NCBI GenBank assembly: GCA_053919585.1
Contig: CM132823.1
Origin: Euprymna scolopes
Taxonomy: Eukaryota
Direction: 5' to 3' (one strand)
DNA: 64,000 bases
Of this stretch, positions 25,786 through 36,770 are shown piece by piece. Each line of letters opens with the position of its first letter. Position 1 is the stretch's first letter. The position numbers and the translations under genes are program-made. The notes beneath the pieces were generated by a model. That model was given only the letters and a program-made list of their open reading frames with translations, was not told the DNA's origin and ran no database searches.

Positions 25786-27861
25786 AAGCAATAGAAAGCG
25801 TATTGCATAAAAGCAATAGAAAGCGTATTGCATAAAAGCAATAGAAAGCGTATTGCATAAAAGCAATAGAAAGCGTATTGCATAAAAGCAATAGAAAGCG
25901 TATTGCATAAAAGCAATAGAAAGCGTATTGCATAAAAGCAATAGAAAGCGTATTGCATAAAAGCAATAGAAAGCGTATTGCATAAAAGCAATAGAAAGCG
26001 TATTGCATAAAAGCAATAGAAAGCGTATTGCATAAAAGCAATAGAAAGCGTATTGCATAAAAGCAATAGAAAGCGTATTGCATAAAAGCAATAGAAAGCG
26101 TATTGCATAAAAGCAATAGAAAGCGTATTGCATAAAAGCAATAGAAAGCGTATTGCATAAAAGCAATAGAAAGCGTATTGCATAAAAGCAATAGAAAGCG
26201 TATTGCATAAAAGCAATAGAAAGCGTATTGCATAAAAGCAATAGAAAGCGTATTGCATAAAAGCAATAGAAAGCGTATTGCATAAAAGCAATAGAAAGCG
26301 TATTGCATAAAAGCAATAGAAAGCGTATTGCATAAAAGCAATAGAAAGCGTATTGCATAAAAGCAATAGAAAGCGTATTGCATAAAAGCAATAGAAAGCG
26401 TATTGCATAAAAGCAATAGAAAGCGTATTGCATAAAAGCAATAGAAAGCGTATTGCATAAAAGCAATAGAAAGCGTATTGCATAAAAGCAATAGAAAGCG
26501 TATTGCATAAAAGCAATAGAAAGCGTATTGCATAAAAGCAATAGAAAGCGTATTGCATAAAAGCAATAGAAAGCGTATTGCATAAAAGCAATAGAAAGCG
26601 TATTGCATAAAAGCAATAGAAAGCGTATTGCATAAAAGCAATAGAAAGCGTATTGCATAAAAGCAATAGAAAGCGTATTGCATAAAAGCAATAGAAAGCG
26701 TATTGCATAAAAGCAATAGAAAGCGTATTGCATAAAAGCAATAGAAAGCGTATTGCATAAAAGCAATAGAAAGCGTATTGCATAAAAGCAATAGAAAGCG
26801 TATTGCATAAAAGCAATAGAAAGCGTATTGCATAAAAGCAATAGAAAGCGTATTGCATAAAAGCAATAGAAAGCGTATTGCATAAAAGCAATAGAAAGCG
26901 TATTGCATAAAAGCAATAGAAAGCGTATTGCATAAAAGCAATAGAAAGCGTATTGCATAAAAGCAATAGAAAGCGTATTGCATAAAAGCAATAGAAAGCG
27001 TATTGCATAAAAGCAATAGAAAGCGTATTGCATAAAAGCAATAGAAAGCGTATTGCATAAAAGCAATAGAAAGCGTATTGCATAAAAGCAATAGAAAGCG
27101 TATTGCATAAAAGCAATAGAAAGCGTATTGCATAAAAGCAATAGAAAGCGTATTGCATAAAAGCAATAGAAAGCGTATTGCATAAAAGCAATAGAAAGCG
27201 TATTGCATAAAAGCAATAGAAAGCGTATTGCATAAAAGCAATAGAAAGCGTATTGCATAAAAGCAATAGAAAGCGTATTGCATAAAAGCAATAGAAAGCG
27301 TATTGCATAAAAGCAATAGAAAGCGTATTGCATAAAAGCAATAGAAAGCGTATTGCATAAAAGCAATAGAAAGCGTATTGCATAAAAGCAATAGAAAGCG
27401 TATTGCATAAAAGCAATAGAAAGCGTATTGCATAAAAGCAATAGAAAGCGTATTGCATAAAAGCAATAGAAAGCGTATTGCATAAAAGCAATAGAAAGCG
27501 TATTGCATAAAAGCAATAGAAAGCGTATTGCATAAAAGCAATAGAAAGCGTATTGCATAAAAGCAATAGAAAGCGTATTACATAAAAGCAATAGAAAGCG
27601 TATTACATAAAAGCAATAGAAAGCGTATTACATAAAAGCAATAGAAAGCGTATTACATAAAAGCAATAGAAAGCGTATTACATAAAAGCAATAGAAAGCG
27701 TATTACATAAAAGCAATAGAAAGCGTATTACATAAAATAAAAGCAATAGAAAACGTATTACATAAAAAAGCAATAGAAAACGTATTACATAAAATAAAAG
27801 CAATAGAAAACGTATTACATAAAATAAAAGCAATAGAAAACGTATTACATAAAATAAAAGC
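25786..27861. repeat. 25-bp minisatellite AAGCAATAGAAAGCGTATTGCATAA x71, then about 7 ATTAC-variant units and 4 ancestral-type 27-30-bp units
   Basis: G-variant 25786-27560. A-variant 27561-27740. AAAACGTATTAC units 27741-27857. Confidence 0.97.
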
Positions 27862-29679
27862 CAAAGAATAGTGTTGCTAACACAAAACTAAGTTACCAAG
27901 CATACAAATAACGTAAAACTAAGTTACAAGTATTCGCCAGAAGTACTTGGAAAATATGTGATTAAAAAATATTTGTTCCAAAGAATGCTTTTTACAAAAC
28001 ATTCCCATGAAAAGCATATTAAGCATACGGCCAAAGAATATTTTCAGCATACCACGACAATATAAAGCATATCTGTAAAAGAATATTGTCACAGCCCTAG
28101 TTATTATGAATCCATTCTTTTTAGTTCTGGAACAAAACGCATGGTTATGTTGATAGCACTTGCTATTCGCATCGGCATTCTTTAATAGGTTGGATTCACT
28201 TCATGGGACTCCACATTTCACTATGGAAAGTGAAGTTTCTTCCCTTCTTGGGTATTGTTGAACATTCAAGGGATGGCTTTCTCACTACCATTTACAGGAA
28301 GCAGACTTACCGACTTGTATGTGAACAAGTCTTTGGTAAAAAAATAAACTAGAAACGGTCAGTTTAATTTATACGTTGCTACATCGAGCCCTCATGATTT
28401 ATTCACCTAGTAGACTACACTCCGGACTATATAAAAAGCAGGGAACTATTCATTAATAACGGTTATTCAGAAGACCTTGTGAGTATTACAAAAGGTTGCA
28501 GACTTCAAATCTGCAGAAATATTTGGGCCATTAAAATGTCCCGTTTATTTAAAAACGTGGATAGGGGATAATATAAAATTCACTAGTTTGGTAGAAATAT
28601 TACTTCTATTTTCTTGCAAGTGGTATATACTACGAAACCTGCCTTTTCTTTATGCAAGGATAGTCCCCCCCTACATCCACAACAGTAATATTGTCTATCA
28701 ATTTAAATGCCAGTGTGATGCCAGTTTAAGTGGGACAGACTCTGCATTTTCAGACTCGTATAAGCCAGCACATTTCATCCAAAATTAGAAAGGGAATGGT
28801 AGGATCGGCGAATCTTCCAACTTTGGACTGCTATTGGCCAGCATTTTGCTTAAAATCCATGTGCCAATAAGCATAAAACCAGAGACTTGAGGTATTACAT
28901 AAAACAGATGTCAAAAAACATTTCGGAATCTTTCGCCATTCGAAAATCTACGTCGGCAGGAGGAGTCGATAAAAGCGTTATATCTTTGGGGAACTGATCC
29001 CCTTCATTCTGTTTTTTGTCCCTTCCACGCAGCGTCATTTTAATCGTCTTATACACGTCTATCTAATTAAATTATTTCAAGTCTTTCGGTACTTTATAAT
29101 TCTCACAGTAGTCTTATTTTCGCCAATGATACTTTCTATGTAATCGATTTCCTGACGAGATAACTGAAAGACCTATTGACAGATTTCCGCCTATCTTGCT
29201 TAAACATACCCATACAATGCATGCAGATATGTATAGACACGGTTTTGGAGTAAAGTTTAAAATATTTATGTTGGAAGATTTACTTGTCTTCGGTTACATT
29301 TGTTTTAATCATTTGCGTTTTGTTGGATCTTGTTAAAATCTAGTTTTTATCCTTTAAATTTAATTCACCTTTTATTTTTAGTTCATGTCAAAACTAAGTT
29401 CCATTAACTAAGTAGTTTTCATTAAAGTTAAATTATCGTTTGTGTTTGTGAAGGAGTGTCTTATGGGAGAAGAGAGCATTTCTTTCATTTATTTTCAGTC
29501 ACGTAAATTGTAGAGCGTTACAAATTCTCACGGATTTAAGTATTTGAAAGGAACAAGCGAAATTATAGCTTACGAATGAAGCTGTATTGTATCGACATAA
29601 AGGATCGCTTTAATTTATATTGACAAAGTTAAAGGTCATGAAATTAGTGTTCATGAAATTCGCTTTGAATTAAAAAGTC

Positions 29680-32045
29680 AATTACTTTGCTATGTTTTGT
29701 TGGATTAAAGTTAGCGCTCCTAAATAAACGTATCCAAATGAATTTCTCTTTAAGAAAACGTCCAAGCCGAAACGGGATCTTGTATTACATACCGCTACGA
29801 GAACAGGACGCCATTTCAGTTAACAGAGCTCGTTTTTTGGTAGCCTTGGCTGGCTGCTCTCAAGTTTACGATGGAATCAATTATAAATCTAATTTCATTT
29901 CGCAATTAGATTATAGAACTTTAGATGAGAATTGATTCGTATTTGAACTCTTCAGAAACACGGCAGTGGATTTCGGTAAAATTCACTTGTAAAAGTTAGT
30001 CAGAGGTCGAGTTCAATCCTCAGTACGGACGACTGAAAAAAATTTATTACTTAAAAATTCTATCCAATCATGGGTGATCGGACAGAGCATGGTAGCCATG
30101 AATTAAATAACTGGTTCCGTTTGAAATTCTATGTAGATTCGTGTTTGAGAAAATACTCCTGAAGGCCAGACTGCATAGACCGAAATTGTGTAGGGAGAGG
30201 GTAAGGGTGGTGAATACATAATCAGAACTAGTTTATGTGGAGTAAGGGTTTCCTTCAGTTTTACATATAACTTAAACCATTTTCTTTCTAAGCGGAAAAT
30301 GTAAACGCGATTTGTATCATTGATAAAGTGTGATATTGTGAATTGTTATTAATCTAAGAAAAAATACGTGCAAACAAAAACAGGATTTGTGTTTCCTACA
30401 TAATACTAAGGGAACGTAACGTCATTTCAATTAACAGGCCTCGTTTTTGCTGGCCTCGGCTGCTCTCAAGTTTACGATGGAATCAATTATGAATCTGAGA
30501 AAGAAACTTGAGAACTTACCATTTAAATTCGAAAACAATCGGCTTTGGTGTTTAGTGCATATAAATCCTGGGGTTTTATGGTATTGTTTAATCGGAACTA
30601 AAATGATCCTATTTTTCTAACACATGGCACTATTTAACATAAAAGGATACCCTGGGATTCATATTTCTTGAAGACTAATCCACTTTAAAATTGTAATTTC
30701 ATTTCGCAATTAGATTATAGAACTTTAGATGAGAATTGATTATTCGTATTTGAATTCTTCAGAAACATGGCATAGGGGATTTCGGTAAAATTCACTTGTA
30801 AAAGTTAGTCAGGTTGAGAGTTCAATCCTCAGTACGGACGACTAAAAAACAATTGCTTATTGCTTAAAAATTCTATCCAATCATGGGTGATCGGACAAAG
30901 CATGGTAGCTCCATGAATTAAATAACTGGTTCCGTTTGAAATTCTATGTAGATTCGTGTTTGAGAAAATACTCCTGAAGAAGGTCAGACTGCATAGAACG
31001 AAATTGTGTAGGGGGAAGGGTAGGGGTGGTGAATACATGATCAGAACTAAATTATCTGAATCTAGAGTAAGGTTTCCCTTCAGTTTTTACATTTTTTTTG
31101 GCGGCCGTGTATACATTTTTTCACGATAGTTTTTCACTGACCGCTTGATTACCGTTATGCAAATCCCATTTAAGAAAACGGTTTTGGTTTAAATGTAAAA
31201 GCAGTTTATATCATTTTGATAAAATGCGATATTGGCAACACAATACGAAATACGGCTGGGAAATTAAACGTGACTTCGGTTTTTCTCATGGAATATTTTT
31301 ATATCCGAAAATATAAGTTACCGTAAATATTGTGTAAAGCGGTCAAACTTATTTCTAGAAGTCAAAGGCCCAACTGAAAGGGACAAAGATAATTATAAAT
31401 AGGTTCTACGCGATACTTATTTTAGTCCCTTATAGTTTGGTATTGTGTTTAAAAAGAAAATATAAAAAAATATTACTTACCATACAATATTTAAGTCTTC
31501 ATTGAACATCAAAATGCAAACGAGTCACAAATGGGTCGATACGAAATAAATTGTTTCAGTAATTCCCAATTGTACTTCCATTAAAATTGATTGCCGCCAT
31601 TTGTAACATTTAAATTGTTAACTAAGTATCCATTTTAATTAGAATGTGGACACAAGCGTTACTCCTTTAAGTTAAATATAGTTCTTATAAAAATAGTTAA
31701 TTTTAGGTAAAGCCTAGTTTTTAGAAGTAAAGAAATACTTACCTTGTTAGTTTTTTTTTACAAAAAAAGATAAAATCTGTAACGTTTCCATGCGAGGTGT
31801 GCATCAATACGCTGGTTTTACTTAGAATCGAGGAGTGGCTCATACGGTTATTTTAAAGGACGTTCAGCTTTATAAATTTTAAAACGTAGGATGCGATCTT
31901 TTCGTGACAGTTTAAATCATGCGTTCTTTCGTCGTATCAATTTGAATTGCGGTTTTCGTTAATTATATAAGCATCTAAAAGTGAAAATCGCACTAGATAA
32001 ACCAATCAGGACGTATGTTTGAACCAACCAATGAGGAGCGCCGTA
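29680..32045 (-). pseudogene. Unidentified spliced gene remnant (promoter plus several exons), internally tandem-duplicated
   Basis: Minus-strand donors AAG|GTAAGT (about 31742), ATG|GTAAGT (about 31480, 30520) and acceptor TTCTCAG (about 30495). Conserved frame SNTNLHRISNGTSYLIHGATMLCPITHDWIEFLSNKQL. 29680-30330 is duplicated at 30350-31230. Other copies at 43750-44480 (-), 45600-48290 (+) and 37345-37750 (+). Confidence 0.45.
32001..32041 (-). promoter_or_regulatory. Tandem CCAAT boxes (NF-Y-type promoter candidate)
   Basis: ACCAATCAG...ACCAATGAG about 26 bp apart, upstream of the first donor. Both boxes are conserved at 37352-37390; one box is intact at 45607-45642. Confidence 0.35.
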
Positions 32046-32057
32046 ACATGTTTTTAA

Positions 32058-32061
<4 letters not shown>

Positions 32062-32107
<46 letters not shown>

Positions 32108-32302
32108 TATAAAATATATATGGCAATTAAGCTACACTAAACTCTAGTGGATGAAACGCGGAATATTCAGTGTAGTAATCGCCATATATATTTTATAACT
32201 TACTAACTAGCTCTACCTACGTATTGAGCACTGTTGAAGTAAATACTTAAAATTTACGCATGAATTTATACCTTCGCATATTTATGTGAGTAAATGAAGT
32301 AG

Positions 32303-32351
<49 letters not shown>
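32062..32351 (+). mobile_element. Penelope/Neptune-type pseudo-LTR fragment with inverted end, embedded in (TA)n
   Basis: (TA)n on both sides. Inverted repeat AAGTTATAAAATATATATGGC..CTACACT / AGTGTAG..GCCATATATATTTTATAACTT. Shares sequence with both ends of the PLE at 52470-53210. Confidence 0.5.
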
Positions 32352-32359
<8 letters not shown>

Positions 32360-32420
32360 CATTATTTAGAGATTTTGTACATAAGTAACTCATAAGTATA
32401 ATATATACATTAGACATATA

Positions 32421-33830
32421 CACTGCGTGTCAAATTATTAACGAGATAACATTTTTACTAGTTTCAGAAACGTACCGGTAGTTTCGTATCAAAAGCTTTG
32501 GAAACGTTAGCAATGCTGAGCTGCGCGTAGTGTGAAATTTTCGTACTGTTCCCCGCAATGTAAACAACTTACCATCGTAATTGCTGAATCCGCGATATTT
32601 GAGGTGTGTCAAGGCAATTTGTTTCGTCAGTAAAATGGGTCGTAAAGGTGGTTTGAGTAGTTCTGAGAAGAGTACTATTACAGATTAGCTAGCAAAAGGG
32701 AAAACTACCCTTCAAATATCGAAAATGATAAGAAGATACCATCAAACTGTGAAGAACCTTGTCAAGGACCCTACAAAAGTATGTAAGAGAGCTGATAAAG
32801 GTAAATCTGGAGTTGTTTCACGCCGTTCTCTACTCCAAATTAAACGTGAACTTGTTAAGAACCCTTGGCAGAAGTCGATAAGTACACATACCAGCAGGAT
32901 TAAAAAATGTCTCAAAAAGTACTCGATGTCGCCGTCTGAAAGAAGTGACAAAGTCTGTTTAGCCTGTGACAAAGCCTCCATTAAAGCAACATCACATACA
33001 AAACCGATTGTAATAGGCAGAGGACAACACGAAAACGGATTTTCCAATTTTTTTTTACGGATGAAGTGCGTGTCACTCTTGATGGCCCAGATGGCTGGTG
33101 TAAAGGATGGGTCCTAGATGGACGATATAGCCATCAGCGTTTAAGGTGCCAACAAGGTGGTGGTGGGATAATGATTTATGCTGGGATTATCGGGGGGGGT
33201 ACATTAGTTGGCCCATGGAGAGTCCCAGAAGGCGTAAAAATAACATCAAATGCTTACATAGCTTTTTTGAAGGAGCACTTTGAACCATGGCTGAAGAAAC
33301 AAAGGTTGGTGTTCAGAAGAACCATTATTTTTATGCAGGATAATGCTCCCTCGCATGCAGCAAACAAAAGCAAAGAGTATTTGCAACAACTGGGGTTCTC
33401 TGGGCTCCGGAAGATGGAGTGGCCTGCGAATTCAGATTTGAACCCAATTGAGAACCTTTGGAGTATCATGAAGCGACGCCTGTATGCAAGTGGACACCAA
33501 TTTAAGAGCAAAGATGAGTTGTGGGATGCTCTCCAAGAGGTATTGCGAGGAATAACTGTTGACGAAATCACAAATTTGACTAATTCTGTTGACCAAAGTC
33601 TTTTACAAGTCATTCATAAAAAAAGGATCGCATATCCCCTACTAATTATGTCAACGTAGAAATTGCTATGTAGTTATTGTGTTTTAAGCATTTTTCCTAG
33701 TTCATTTAATGTTTGAAATTATTTCAATAAACAAGTTATGGGTATGTTGTGTTTTTTATCAACCTCGTTAATATTCCTATCTTCTACCATAGTTTCGCTA
33801 ATACTACTTTAAATACTTTTATTTTCTGAC
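32421..33830 (+). mobile_element. Tc1/mariner element, TRT (DD37E)-like
   Basis: TA|CACTGCGTGTCAAATTATT left end followed by a transposase remnant. No complete right TIR found. Confidence 0.8.
32635..33659 (+). pseudogene. Tc1-family transposase pseudogene
   Basis: MGRKGGLSSSEK... HTH with an early stop. FTDEVRVTLDGPDGW, QQGGGGIMIYAGI, FMQDNAPSH, WPANSDLNPIENLWS. Frameshifts. Confidence 0.88.
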
Positions 33831-33857
33831 TTTTTAAAAGAATTTTTTTAATTTTTT

Positions 33858-35825
33858 TTATTACAATTTCACCCCAAACAAGGCACATTGCCACTTTGCT
33901 GTAGGGGGCTACTATCAGGGACATAAGCTACTGGGGTACTAAGTGAAGAGTTGGGCACAAGATGTCAGTTCACATTACACTTGAACTTCTGCATGTCAGT
34001 ACAGTTGGGGAAGCAGGAACTCTTAAGGGAATTCCAAAGTCCAGCAGTTCTGGGGAAGAAACTACTGGAGTAAAAGGCTCTCTTACATCTAGGGATCTCC
34101 ACTGTATAGGAGTGGGATTTTGCTGCTTGTCAGGTTTGTCGGGGATATTCATGTCGAGGGGGTACAAGTGCTTGTAGTTATCATCTGTAAGGTGATGAAC
34201 TAGAGCTTGGTTAATTATGGACTAAAATATTTTGGTGAAAAGTGGGAGGAGGCTAATGGGGTGGTAATTTACTGGGTCAGTTCTTTTGCCAGAATTCTTG
34301 AAAACTGGTACCACAGAAGCAGTTTTCCAGCAGGCAGGAAAGCAAAATTCATTAAGGCATTTGTTGTAAAGTTTGGAGAGAACCGGAGCTACTTCGGCGG
34401 AGCACTTTTTTAATAGCACAGCCGGGATGAGATCAGGTCCACATGCTTTTGAAGTGTCAAAATTTTTTATGATGGCATGCACCTGAGAAGGGGTGATTTC
34501 CAGAGTGTCTAGTGTAGCGTCTGTCTGCAAAGGAAAGTCAGGGAGGGGGTGGTTAGCAGGGTCCAGTGTGCAGTTGGAGGCAAACGGACTGGCAAGCTTG
34601 TTAGCCTTCTCGCTTGCTGAGCAAACAACCTTATGATTGTTGGATGGGGGGGGGATTGCTGATTTCCCATTATTTACAACACTGTTGTAGATTTTCCAGA
34701 AGTCACGGGTACCTAATTTCTGTTCTTAGATGCGTTTTTTGGTGGTTTCAGTACCTTCTCTCTTAGCTGTCGCTATTTCTTTCTTACAGTTATTTCTGGC
34801 TTCTATATACTTCTGTCTGTTTGAACTGAACTTATGTCGGTTAAATCTGTGGTACACATGCTGCCTTTGCGCGATTGCAGCTGCACAAGTAGAAGTAAAC
34901 CATTGGGGAGAGTGGAGCTTGCTATAAAACTTCCGCGTGGGAACATGTGCTTCAATTGTTGTTTTGAACCACTCAGTGGTCTCATGTGCGCACTGTTCAG
35001 CAGGAAGTGAAAAGATATTTTGCCATGGGGCGTCTCTGATGAGATCCCTGATGGCTTTCCAGTCAGCCTTTTTATATCTCGTTGTTTTGAGCAATGCCTC
35101 TTCTGTTTTGGCTCTAGAGTTCAGGGCGATTTCAACTATTATCACTACATGATCAGCATTTCCAAGTGGGCTGTGGGCATTCGTAACACAATCATCGGGG
35201 ACTGTGGTCAGAAACAGATCTAAAAGTGATGCATGTTGTTCTTGCTGGTCAGGGACACGGGTTGGAAACGTAGCTGTCTGTGATAGGGAGTGAGATATAG
35301 AGAAGTTGTGTGTTGTGCTACCAGCTGCGTCTGTAAGTAGAAAATCCAAGCCAGTTACTGTGGTGGACATTGAAGTCACCAAATACATGCACTTGTGCGT
35401 TAGTATCGAGTGCTGTATCTATGCTGTCAGAGACTTTATTTATTAGGGTACAGTCGAGGGAGAGGGGTAGAGAAAATAAATGCAACTAATATTATGCTTG
35501 ACCGTCCGATTCTAGTTTTGTTTCTTTAGTCAAGGGGAGGGTGTTTCGAATATAGACTCCAAGCCCGTTCATATGTCTCTCAGAGTCCTTACGGCAGAGT
35601 GGGAGATATCCGGGCATATTAAAGTAGTTAGAGGGGATGGAGGAGTGTAGGTTAGTCTCACTTAGTGCAAAGATATCCAGGGTGTTTGTTAGGAGAAATG
35701 CTTCAACATCATTTAAATTAGTTCTACGCCCACGGATGTTCGTAAATGCAAGCCTCAAGGGCAGAGACAATTTGGTTTTGTTTGAGTTTGGTACTGGAGT
35801 AGCTGAACAGTAATTGTAAGCATTT
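33858..35825 (-). mobile_element. CR1/L2-group LINE (APE endonuclease plus internally deleted RT)
   Basis: FTNIRG.RTNL..DIFALSETNL; LLDLFLTT; SPLGNADH; KACGPDLIP..PACWKTASVVPVFKNSG..NYHPISLL. A-rich 3' tail at about 33840-33860. Confidence 0.85.
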
Positions 35826-35869
35826 TCTCAAAGTTTAATAGATTTTTATTCACTCGTTCCTTAAATATT

Positions 35870-36770
35870 TAAAAAATATATTTAAATTAAATACTCATCA
35901 AGTGCGCTTGAAAGCCAAATTACAAAGCAATTTTACGAAAATAAACAAATATTTTACTTGTTTTAAATTTGTAATTTAAATATATTTTGGAGTCAAACTC
36001 CATCTTCAGTATTTTGTTTCTTTTTTTCTTCTTCTTTCTTGCCATGTTGTAAAGTTGGAGAAAGAAAAGTCAGTAGTAAAGATCCGCGCGATGTCGCTTA
36101 GCGGTTGTATTTTGAAATGTCGGGAGCGGTGCGTTGGCTACGTGAGATAACGGAAATAGCACCCCTGATGTTTATCTCGCGTAGCCAACGCACATTCTGG
36201 AACGTTTTTGTTAAGCTTAATAAATTTAATATATTCGAATTTATCGTGAACATCTTTTACCCCCCCCCCCGTTTCGCTCATTTTATAAACAAAACAGGCC
36301 TGTCATGATTGCAATAATGAAATTTTGTACCCCACATAAAATTATATATATGTATATATCAGGGAGTGTGAATTCCGTTATAGAAGCGTTGATTTAATTT
36401 GAATAAAATCAAATACGCATCAATTGCGCGTGAAAGACAAATTACAACGCAATTTTACGAAAATAGACATTTTACTTGTTTTAAATTTCTAATTAAAATA
36501 TATTTCGGAGTCAAATTCCATCCTCAGTATTTTTTTATTCTTCCTTACTATGTTGTAAAGTTGTTTCTCAGCGGTTGTATTTTGAAATGTCGGGAACGGT
36601 GTGTTGGCTACCCGAGATTAACGTCAGGGGTGTGAGAGAAAAAAGTTTAACTCCGAAATATATTCAAATTATAAATTTCAAACAAATAAAATATTTGTTT
36701 ATTTTCGTAAAATTGCGTTGTAATTTGGTTTTAAAGCTCACTTGATTCGTATTTTATTACTTATATGGTT
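35870..36770. repeat. Foldback/MITE-like element with long inverted arms
   Basis: 35888-36000 and 36400-36520 are direct copies. 36645-36760 is their reverse complement. Hairpin GTGCGTTGGCTACG.GAGATAA / TTATCTCGCGTAGCCAACGCAC at 36129-36193. Mirror copy at about 44855-45450. Confidence 0.65.

Larger units (their letters stand above)
20530..28099 (+). mobile_element. hAT-superfamily DNA transposon (CGGBP1/DUF659-type transposase), decayed, hosting the satellite array
   Basis: TIRs TAGGGCTGTGAC(GAG)AATATTCTTT at 20530 and its reverse complement ending at 28099. Degenerate 8-bp TSD GCAATTGT/GTTATTAT. Internal transposase remnants. Confidence 0.8.
20170..29200 (+). mobile_element. Decayed Penelope-like retroelement (RT + GIY-YIG), split by a hAT insertion at 20530-28099
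   Basis: RT motif VDGVS..SPLAPAL.DIF at about 20460-20520 continues after the hAT as YYESILF...HFTMESE..LPFL..DGFLTTIYRKQT. GIY-YIG motif SNIVYQFKCQCDAS..GQT at about 28683-28740. Confidence 0.75.
18940..32045. repeat. Left copy of a long inverted duplication block (mate about 45600-52030)
   Basis: Collinear reverse-complement match through the PLE, hAT and promoter-bearing gene remnant: 20400-20560 vs 50750-50930, 21280-21460 vs 49945-50125, 31520-31610 vs 47315-47410, 31780-31880 vs 45760-45870. Confidence 0.9.

Noticed and set aside
22380-27591. Four ORFs of 1100-1730 aa as real genes
   Set aside because: They are translations of the 21/25-bp tandem repeat with non-ATG starts. The paralogous locus has a single non-coding unit.
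22485-27861. CRISPR array or long-unit telomeric repeat
   Set aside because: No spacers and no cas genes. The array is interstitial, and its unit derives from the hAT sequence itself.
33254-35223. Antisense ORFs over Tc1 and CR1 (similar ones over the RTE)
   Set aside because: Shadow frames of TE coding sequence with no independent motifs.
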